NCBI GenBank assembly: GCA_009774155.1
Contig: VSNE01000460.1
Location: forward strand, 1 to 41,595
Origin: Lachnospiraceae bacterium
GTDB taxonomy: Bacteria; Bacillota; Clostridia; Lachnospirales; Lachnospiraceae
Reading direction: 5' to 3'
DNA length: 41,595 nt
This document shows positions 34,657 to 41,595 of the stretch, piece by piece. The position numbers were made by a program, and so were the translations under genes. Under the pieces are notes generated by a model that did no database searches, was not told where the DNA came from, and was given only the letters and a program-made list of their open reading frames with translations. Each line of letters opens with the position of its first letter. Positions within the stretch are counted from its first letter, which is position 1.

Positions 34657-37600
34657 GTGCCGTACTTTAATATTGTAGCGGAGACATCGGAGAATACCGT
34701 TGTCACAGAATATGAGCCAGTTAAAAAGAAATCTGACAGTTATCAGAGTGAGGCTGCGCTGGAACAGGAGTTTATCCGTCTGCTGTGCGAACAGGGATAT
34801 GAGTATCTGCCTATTCACACAGAGAAAGAACTGACTGCCAATCTCCGGGAAAAATTAGAGGAACTGAATAATTATCGGTTTTCCGATACAGAGTGGGATA
34901 ACTTTTTCAAAAATACCGTTGCCAATCCCAATGAGCATATCGTGGAAAAGACCCGTACCATTCAGGAGGATAATGTTAAAGTATTAAAGCGTGATACTGG
35001 GGAAACCAAGAATATTACATTGATTGACAAAACCAATATTCATAATAACAGACTGCAGGTCATCAATCAGTACATGATTGGTACGGAGGACGGTGCAAAG
35101 CACAACAACCGCTATGATGTTACGGTATTGGTCAACGGTCTGCCTCTCGTGCATATCGAACTGAAACGCAGAGGGGTTGCCATCCGTGAGGCGTTCAACC
35201 AGATCAACCGCTATCAGAGGGATTCTTTCTGGGCAGGATGCGGACTGTACGAGTATATTCAGATTTTTGTTATTTCCAATGGTACGAATACCAAATATTA
35301 CTCCAACAGTACCAGACGGAACGCGGAAAAAGAGCATGAGAAACGAGGAGCAAGTAAGACAAAGACCAGTAACAGCTTTGAGTTTACCTGTTTCTGGGCG
35401 GATGCAAACAATCGGGTAATTCCTGACCTCATTGATTTTACTAAGACTTTTTTTGCAAAGCATACGATTTTAAATATCTTAACAAAATACTGTATCTTCA
35501 CATCTGAAGATATGTTAATGGTCATGCGCCCATATCAGATTACTGCAACGGAGCGTATTTTAAATCGTATTGAGATTGCCAATAACTATAAAAAGTACGG
35601 CAGTGTGAAGGGCGGCGGATATATCTGGCACACGACTGGTTCCGGTAAAACGTTGACTTCATTTAAGACTGCAAGATTGGCATCGAAGCTGCCTTATATT
35701 GATAAGGTGTTGTTTGTGGTTGACCGTAAGGATCTGGATTATCAGACTATGAAAGAATATGACCGCTTTGAAAAGGGTGCTGCCAACAGCAATACTTCGA
35801 CTGCCATACTGAAACGCCAGCTGGAAGATCCGGATGCGCATATCATTATTACCACAATACAGAAACTGGCTACTTTTATAAAAAAGAATCCGGGGCATGA
35901 AGTGTATATGAAGCACATTGTCATTATTTTTGACGAGTGCCACCGCAGCCAGTTCGGAGATATGCATACAGCGATTGTGAAGAACTTTAAGAAGTATCAC
36001 CTGTTCGGATTTACAGGTACACCCATTTTTTCTGCAAATTCCGGCAGGACGAAAAATCCGGAATTCTTTACCACAGGGCAAACCTTTGGAGATCAGCTTC
36101 ACAGCTACACAATCGTGGATGCTATCAACGATAAAAATGTTCTTCCGTTCCGGGTGGACTATATCAAGACGATGGATATGGATGAAGAAATCACAGACGA
36201 AATGGTCTGGGATATTAACCGGGAGAAGGTTATGATGGCTCCTGAGCGTATCCGGCTCGTGACGCAGTATATATTGGAGCATTTTGATCAGAAGACCTAC
36301 CGTGGGGATAAAACATACATATATAATACGCTGATCAATATTGCGGAGGTGGCTTCTGCCAGACGTGATGAGGTGGAGGAAATTAAGCAGAAACAGCGTA
36401 TCAGCGGTTTCAATTCTCTCTTTGCGGTATCGAGCGTACCGACGGCAAAACTGTATTATCAGGAATTTAAGAAGCAGATGGCAGCAGATCCGATCAAGAA
36501 ACTGCGTGTTGCGACCATATTCAGCTATGGTGCGAATGAGGAAGAGTCAGACGGTATTTTGGATGAGGAAAATTCCGAGGATACCTCTGCCCTCGATCAG
36601 CCGTCCAGAGATTTTCTGGAGGAAGCTATTAAGGACTATAACGAAACGTTCCATACGAACTATGATACTTCCAGTGAAAAGTTCCAGAATTACTATAAAG
36701 ATGTGTCACTTCGTATGAAGAATAAGGAACTGGATATTCTGATTGTAGTAAATATGTTCCTCACGGGATTTGATGCCACAACCATGAATACACTGTGGGT
36801 AGATAAGAATCTGAAGATGCACGGTCTGATACAGGCCTTCTCCCGTACCAACCGTATCTTGAATTCTACTAAGATCTTTGGAAATATTGTTTGTTTCCGA
36901 AATCTGCAAAAGCGTGTGGACAGCGCTATTTCCTTATTTGGGGATAAAAATGCCGGAGGCATTGTCCTGCTGCAGAGCTTTAAGGACTATTACTATGGAT
37001 ATGAATCCGTAGACGGAAAGCAGATGCCGGGATATGTGGATTTGATGGAGGACTTGAATTATAGATTTCCGCTGTCAGAGCCGCAGATTATAGGTGAACA
37101 GAATCAGAAGGATTTTATTGCACTGTTTGGCGCAATTCTCCGTATGCGGAATCTCTTGCTTTCTTTTGATGAGTTTAAGGGCAATGAACTGATTTCCGAG
37201 CGTGATCTTCAGGATTATCTTGGACGCTATCAGGACTTGCGTGACGAATGGAAACGCAAACGGCAGGAAGGTACGGATATTACAGATGATGTGGTATTTG
37301 AGATTGAACTGATCCGGCAGATAGAAATCAATATTGATTATATTCTTATGCTCGTAAAGAAGTACCATGATACCCGCTGTGAAGATAAGGAAGTGCTGAT
37401 CACCATCAATAAGGCAATTGATGCCAGTCCGGAGCTGCGCAGTAAGAAAAAGCTCATTGAAACCTTTATTGCGGGAATCAATGATGTGAATGATGTCATA
37501 AATGAATGGCATAGCTATGTGGCGGAACAAAGAGAACATGAGCTTGATGAAGTTATAAGAGAGGAAAGGCTGAAGCCGGAAGATACCCGTAAATTTATGG

Positions 37601-37866
37601 AAAATGCGTTTCGGGACGGAGAGATTAAAACATTAGGAACAGACATAGACAAGCTCATGCCTCCAATCTCTCGTTTTGGCGGTGGCGGCAGAGCTAAGAA
37701 GAAACAGGGTGTCATTGATAAGCTGAAGACATTTTTTGAAAAATATTTTGGTATCGGCGGTTCGGCATCCTTTACCGAACCGAGACATAAGGTGATTACT
37801 TATGATTTTGACAGACAGGAGACGCTGTCGATGGCAGCAGAGCCAAAAGAGCCATACGAAAAATAA
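34657..37866 (+). CDS. hsdR: Resident type IC (EcoR124-like) restriction subunit
   Basis: RYDVTVLVNGLPLVHIELK, HTTGSGKT, DECH, TGTP, LTGFD and QAFSRTNR. Confidence 0.95.
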   Translation: MPYFNIVAETSENTVVTEYEPVKKKSDSYQSEAALEQEFIRLLCEQGYEYLPIHTEKELTANLREKLEELNNYRFSDTEWDNFFKNTVANPNEHIVEKTRTIQEDNVKVLKRDTGETKNITLIDKTNIHNNRLQVINQYMIGTEDGAKHNNRYDVTVLVNGLPLVHIELKRRGVAIREAFNQINRYQRDSFWAGCGLYEYIQIFVISNGTNTKYYSNSTRRNAEKEHEKRGASKTKTSNSFEFTCFWADANNRVIPDLIDFTKTFFAKHTILNILTKYCIFTSEDMLMVMRPYQITATERILNRIEIANNYKKYGSVKGGGYIWHTTGSGKTLTSFKTARLASKLPYIDKVLFVVDRKDLDYQTMKEYDRFEKGAANSNTSTAILKRQLEDPDAHIIITTIQKLATFIKKNPGHEVYMKHIVIIFDECHRSQFGDMHTAIVKNFKKYHLFGFTGTPIFSANSGRTKNPEFFTTGQTFGDQLHSYTIVDAINDKNVLPFRVDYIKTMDMDEEITDEMVWDINREKVMMAPERIRLVTQYILEHFDQKTYRGDKTYIYNTLINIAEVASARRDEVEEIKQKQRISGFNSLFAVSSVPTAKLYYQEFKKQMAADPIKKLRVATIFSYGANEEESDGILDEENSEDTSALDQPSRDFLEEAIKDYNETFHTNYDTSSEKFQNYYKDVSLRMKNKELDILIVVNMFLTGFDATTMNTLWVDKNLKMHGLIQAFSRTNRILNSTKIFGNIVCFRNLQKRVDSAISLFGDKNAGGIVLLQSFKDYYYGYESVDGKQMPGYVDLMEDLNYRFPLSEPQIIGEQNQKDFIALFGAILRMRNLLLSFDEFKGNELISERDLQDYLGRYQDLRDEWKRKRQEGTDITDDVVFEIELIRQIEINIDYILMLVKKYHDTRCEDKEVLITINKAIDASPELRSKKKLIETFIAGINDVNDVINEWHSYVAEQREHELDEVIREERLKPEDTRKFMENAFRDGEIKTLGTDIDKLMPPISRFGGGGRAKKKQGVIDKLKTFFEKYFGIGGSASFTEPRHKVITYDFDRQETLSMAAEPKEPYEK

Positions 37867-37879
37867 TCATAAAGAAAAA

Positions 37880-38010
37880 GTCAAAAACCCCGCAGCAAGC
37901 TGACGGGGCATCAAACTTGTAGCGCAGCAGATCTGCGGGGTATTTGACCCTCGCGGCATTCGTCAAATGGATGCTTTGCATCCGCTTGACTCATTGCTCG
38001 CAGGAATAAA
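37880..38010. repeat. Palindromic REP/IS200-IS605-end-like repeat
   Basis: GTCAAAAACCCCGCAG pairs with CTGCGGGGTATTTGAC. Internal CCCCG-CAGCAAGCTG-ACGGGG hairpin; second stem GTCAA-ATGGATGC/GCATCCGC-TTGAC. Confidence 0.6.
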
Positions 38011-38019
38011 AAAATTTTA

Positions 38020-38185
38020 CAGCGTCATTCTCAGTGCCATCTGTGAAAGGGCGGTTTCTGCGGGACGCATGACGAAAGGATATTTTGTGTTATCTGTTGA
38101 TCCTCTTGGTGTTATAGAGGGAAAAAAGCTCTTGAGTTAATCGGACTCAACGGCAGCTTTTGCCCGTTCGGATGCGGATACGCTG
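38020..38185. other. Candidate multi-stem structured RNA or repeat
   Basis: CAGCGT/ACGCTG and CATC..GAA.GGGC/GCCC.TTC.GATG close a region with three internal hairpins. Confidence 0.35.
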
Positions 38186-38238
38186 AATGTGTTAAAATAG
38201 AACGAGCTGATAAGAAAATTTAAAGGAGCAGGGGAATC

Positions 38239-38871
38239 ATGGGTTATCGATATCTGGATATGGATACATATAAAAGAAAGAGTCATTTTGAATATTTTAA
38301 CAGTCTGGCTTATCCGTATGTTGGGCTGACTGTAAATGTGGATATTACAGAACCGCTGAAAAGGATTAGGTCGGAGAAATGGTCTTTTTTCTTTACTGTC
38401 TGCTATTGCGTTTCAAAGGCGGCCAATGAAGTATCTGAATTCAGACAGAGAATTATCAACAACAAAATTGCGGAATTTGACCATTGTAAAACCTCGCATA
38501 CAGTGGCATTAGAGAATGGAACCTACTGTTATTGCACTCTTGACAGCAATATGCCGTTTGCTGAGTATCTTCCATATGCATCCCGGGAGCAGGAGAGCGC
38601 GAAACAAAAAAAGTCAATTGAAGAAAATGAATCCGACATATATGACAAGCTCTTTATCTCCACTCTGCCATGGCTTTCTTACACGGCTCTGATTCAGCCC
38701 GTCCCGATTCCGGCAGACAGCAACCCGAGAATTACATGGGGCAAATATTTTATTCAGGAAGGCAGCGTGTTGATGCCGGTGTCTGTGCTGTGCCATCATG
38801 GACTGGTTGACGGGATACATATTGCTGAGTTTTATAAGCAATTGGATGAACAGATGAGACAATTAACATGA
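38239..38871 (+). CDS. CatA-like (chloramphenicol O-acetyltransferase family) protein
   Basis: RKSHFEYF, TVNVDIT, ISTLPW, PRITWGK, and catalytic HHGLVDGIH. Confidence 0.85.
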   Translation: MGYRYLDMDTYKRKSHFEYFNSLAYPYVGLTVNVDITEPLKRIRSEKWSFFFTVCYCVSKAANEVSEFRQRIINNKIAEFDHCKTSHTVALENGTYCYCTLDSNMPFAEYLPYASREQESAKQKKSIEENESDIYDKLFISTLPWLSYTALIQPVPIPADSNPRITWGKYFIQEGSVLMPVSVLCHHGLVDGIHIAEFYKQLDEQMRQLT

Positions 38872-38890
38872 TAAGTAAAATTTATATGAC

Positions 38891-38919
38891 TTGCTAATCA
38901 CTGCATTCTGCGATATACT
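38891..38919 (+). promoter_or_regulatory. SigA-type promoter of the merR-like gene
   Basis: TTGCTA-17 bp-TATACT. Confidence 0.6.
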
Positions 38920-38984
38920 GAAAAACCCTATATTTTAACACCAGACTTTGAAAACGTGGGATAATGGGAATGGAGGTGTGTCAA

Positions 38985-39737
38985 ATGAATATATACAGGA
39001 CAATAGACATAGCCAGAGAGATCGGAATACATGTGAATACCGTGCGGTTATATGAAAAGTGTAATTTAATTCCAAAGCCGGAGCGGTTGAGCAACGGATA
39101 TCGGGTATTTACTGAGCTTCATATGGAGCAGTTCAAATTAGCGAGGGCGGCTTTACAGGTGGAGGTTCTTCAGAATGGACTACGCAGGCGTGCCGTTGAT
39201 ATTATTAAGGTTTCTGCGGCAGGTGATTATGAAACGGCGGCGGATCTGACCAGGCAATATATTGAACAGGTGGACAGGGAGAAAGTAAATGCAGAAGAGG
39301 CCATACAGATTACCTGTAAGATTTTATCCCGTATAGGGGATAAAATCACGGAAACACAAACAACATATAAAAGGAAAGAGGCGGCAGATTATCTGGGGGT
39401 AACAGTTGATACGCTCAGAAACTGGGAATTAAATGGTCTGTTTACAATAAAGAGAAAAGAGAATGGATACCGGGTTTATACAATGGAAGATATACAGAGA
39501 TTGAAAATCATCCGCTCCCTTCGCTGCGCTAATTATTCTCTTTCCGCTATTTTGAGAATGCTTCAGGCATTATCTGATGATCCAAAGGTAAATATCCGGG
39601 AGGCTATCGATACGCCGGGAGAGAAGGATGATATCATAAAGGCCTGTGACAAATTGCTGACTTCTTTAAATGAGGCGAGAAGGAATGCCAGTTATGTGGC
39701 TGCTCAGATTGAGAAGATGAAAAAAATATCAGAATAA
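38985..39737 (+). CDS. MerR-family regulator with two HTH domains
   Basis: IAREIGIHVNTVRLYE...NGYRVF and AADYLGVTVDTLRNWE...NGYRVY. GGAGGTG RBS. Confidence 0.9.
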   Translation: MNIYRTIDIAREIGIHVNTVRLYEKCNLIPKPERLSNGYRVFTELHMEQFKLARAALQVEVLQNGLRRRAVDIIKVSAAGDYETAADLTRQYIEQVDREKVNAEEAIQITCKILSRIGDKITETQTTYKRKEAADYLGVTVDTLRNWELNGLFTIKRKENGYRVYTMEDIQRLKIIRSLRCANYSLSAILRMLQALSDDPKVNIREAIDTPGEKDDIIKACDKLLTSLNEARRNASYVAAQIEKMKKISE

Positions 39738-39805
39738 AACCCTACAGTTATCCACCACAGCTGAATCAGATGCTAACCTTTGTTTATTAAAAAACAAGGA
39801 GGCAT

Positions 39806-40540
39806 ATGGACGTGGAAGAAACTATTCAGATTAAGGGCTTAAGTAAATCTTATGACGGAAGAAAGGTGCTTGAGAATCTCAGCTTCTCAGTTGCAGCAGG
39901 CGAGGTGTACGGTCTGCTTGGCGCAAACGGCGCGGGCAAAAGTACTGCGATAGAAGCTATCCTTGGTACAAGGCAGGCGGATTCCGGCTCTGTGCGCATT
40001 TTAGGATTGAATCCGTGGAAACAGAGAAAGCAGCTTTTTGAACAGGTTGGGGTGCAGCTTCAGGACACTAATTATCCGGACAAAATCAAAGTAAAGGAGC
40101 TCTGTGAGGAAACGGCATGTCTGTATAAACATCCGGTAAACTGTGACGAATTATTACAGAGGTTTGGCCTGAAAGATAAGAAAAATGCTTTTGTCAGCGA
40201 ATTATCCGGAGGCCAGAGACAGAAGCTTTTTATTGTTCTCTCTCTTATTCCCAATCCTGAGGTGGTTTTTCTGGACGAGCTTACTACAGGGCTTGACACA
40301 AAAGCAAGGAGAAGCGTCTGGAAAAGCCTGCTGGAGTTAAAGGAACAGGGGATGACCATTTTGCTGTCCTCTCATTTTATGGATGAGGTAGAAATTCTCT
40401 GTGACAGGATTGGAATACTAAGAGACGGAAAATTTGTATTTGAAGGAACAGTGCATGAAGCAGAAGCACTGAGTTCCTGTGAAAAGCTGGAGGATGCATA
40501 TTTGTGGTTTGCCGAAGAGGAGGAAACAGACAATGAATAG
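39806..40540 (+). CDS. ABC exporter ATP-binding subunit
   Basis: GANGAGKST, LSGGQ, FLDELTTGLD and SSH. Confidence 0.95.
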   Translation: MDVEETIQIKGLSKSYDGRKVLENLSFSVAAGEVYGLLGANGAGKSTAIEAILGTRQADSGSVRILGLNPWKQRKQLFEQVGVQLQDTNYPDKIKVKELCEETACLYKHPVNCDELLQRFGLKDKKNAFVSELSGGQRQKLFIVLSLIPNPEVVFLDELTTGLDTKARRSVWKSLLELKEQGMTILLSSHFMDEVEILCDRIGILRDGKFVFEGTVHEAEALSSCEKLEDAYLWFAEEEETDNE

Positions 40541-41276
40541 ATTTTTTACAGTGCTGAAAACGGAACTGAAACTGTCTTTCCGGGGAATGGATATGATTAT
40601 TTTCGCCCTCTGTATACCGGCAGTGGCAGCAGTTATTTTGGGAGCCGTTTATGGAAACAGGGCGGCAGCGCCGGGGGCGGAATATTCTTTTCTGGAGCAG
40701 TCCTTTGGAGCGCTGTCGACGATTGCGGTCTGTGCCGGCGGTGTGATGGGACTTCCGCTGCTGATCTCTGATTACCGCCAGAAGAGGATTCTGAAAAGAT
40801 ATAAGGTGACGCCTGCAAGCCCGGCATTTTTGCTGGCGGTATGGGTAGCCATATATGCAGTCTATTCCCTGCTGTCCCTGGCGTTGGTTTTTGGAATATT
40901 ATCTTTATTCTTTGGATGCAGGTTCAGAGGTTCCTTTGGAATATTTCTGATTACATACATCTTAGTTATGCTTTCTATGTTCAGCATTGGATTGATGGTG
41001 GGGGGCGTTGCTCCTGATATGAAAACGGCCAGTGTGACAGCCAGTGTGCTGTACTTTCCCATGTTGATTTTCTCAGGGGCCACATTGCCCTATGAGGTGA
41101 TGCCGCCTGCATTACAGAAGGCGGCGGATTATTTGCCTTTAACACAGGGGATCAAGCTGCTGAAAGCATCATCGCTGGGATTTCCGATGGAATCGGTGTG
41201 GATGCCGATTGCAGCAATGCTAACGGTTATGATTATCTGTGGAGGGATTGCGGTTCGATTTTTTAAATGGGAATAG
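40533..41276 (+). CDS. ABC-2 type permease
   Basis: About six hydrophobic segments, FSGATLPYEVMP...YLPLT. Overlaps the ATPase stop. Confidence 0.92.
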   Translation: MNRFFTVLKTELKLSFRGMDMIIFALCIPAVAAVILGAVYGNRAAAPGAEYSFLEQSFGALSTIAVCAGGVMGLPLLISDYRQKRILKRYKVTPASPAFLLAVWVAIYAVYSLLSLALVFGILSLFFGCRFRGSFGIFLITYILVMLSMFSIGLMVGGVAPDMKTASVTASVLYFPMLIFSGATLPYEVMPPALQKAADYLPLTQGIKLLKASSLGFPMESVWMPIAAMLTVMIICGGIAVRFFKWE

Positions 41277-41309
41277 ACAGCGGAAATTTATATGTTTAAC
41301 ATGCAACGG

Positions 41310-41335
41310 GCCCTTTTTCCGACAGGAAAAAGGGC
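41310..41335 (+). terminator. Perfect 11-bp hairpin after the ABC operon
   Basis: GCCCTTTTTCC-GACA-GGAAAAAGGGC. No clear U tract. Confidence 0.5.
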
Positions 41336-41402
41336 ATAAGGTGTGGCAGAGGCATATGATTCATGGAGGTATCATGTATTCTGTGCCATGTGAAAGGGAA
41401 CT

Positions 41403-41595
41403 ATGAAAGAGAATCAGGTCATGGATATGACACAAGGGCCGGCGCTGAAGCAGATGACAATGTTTGCCCTTCCGGTATTGGCCGGTATGCTGTGCCAGAG
41501 AATTTATAATTTTGCGGATACTTATATTGTAGGCCGGTATCTGGGAGATGAGGCACTGGCGGCAGTGAGTATTGCCGGAATAGCCACGTATATGC
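41403..41595 (+). CDS. MATE-family efflux transporter, 5' part
   Basis: Hand translation MKENQVMDMTQGPALKQMTMFALPVLAGMLCQRIYNFADTYIVGRYLGDEALAAVS matches MATE N-termini. Confidence 0.88.
   Translation, partial: MKENQVMDMTQGPALKQMTMFALPVLAGMLCQRIYNFADTYIVGRYLGDEALAAVSIAGIATYM

Overview
Firmicutes DNA, probably Clostridia/Lachnospiraceae-like. Bases 1 to ~32247 are one end of a prophage-like element whose gene content resembles the phi-m46.1/lambdaSa04 type. It has two divergent arms. (i) The minus-strand lytic arm runs: sigma-region-4 regulator, DUF2800 nuclease, DUF2815 SSB, family A DNA polymerase, DUF4406-like protein, VapE primase/helicase plus a putative origin, VRR-NUC, SNF2 helicase, late activator, HNH, putative cos, P27 terminase small subunit, short SAM synthetase, ParB-fused N4/N6 methylase, multi-TRD C5 methylase, accessory genes and an amidoligase running off the left edge. 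(ii) The plus-strand defence arm runs: two unknown proteins sharing an N/Q-rich amyloid-like motif, an excisionase-type HTH, an RloC-like ABC ATPase, type I RM (hsdM-hsdS-orf-hsdR) and EVE-McrB/McrC. The element ends exactly at the [10 protein letters not shown]-binding motif of a resident type IC hsdM, which is therefore split. Resident hsdS and hsdR, small palindromic repeats, a CAT-family acetyltransferase, a double-MerR regulator, an ABC exporter and the start of a MATE gene follow. Best leads: the adjacent gene pair with a shared NQYGNxxTQIxxVxxY motif (candidate amyloid/RHIM-like signalling at the prophage switch), a nested +1-frame ORF with its own RBS inside the C5 methylase, the RM swap at the hsdM integration site, and a 105-bp structured in-frame insertion. 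All family calls come from motif recognition, not database searches.
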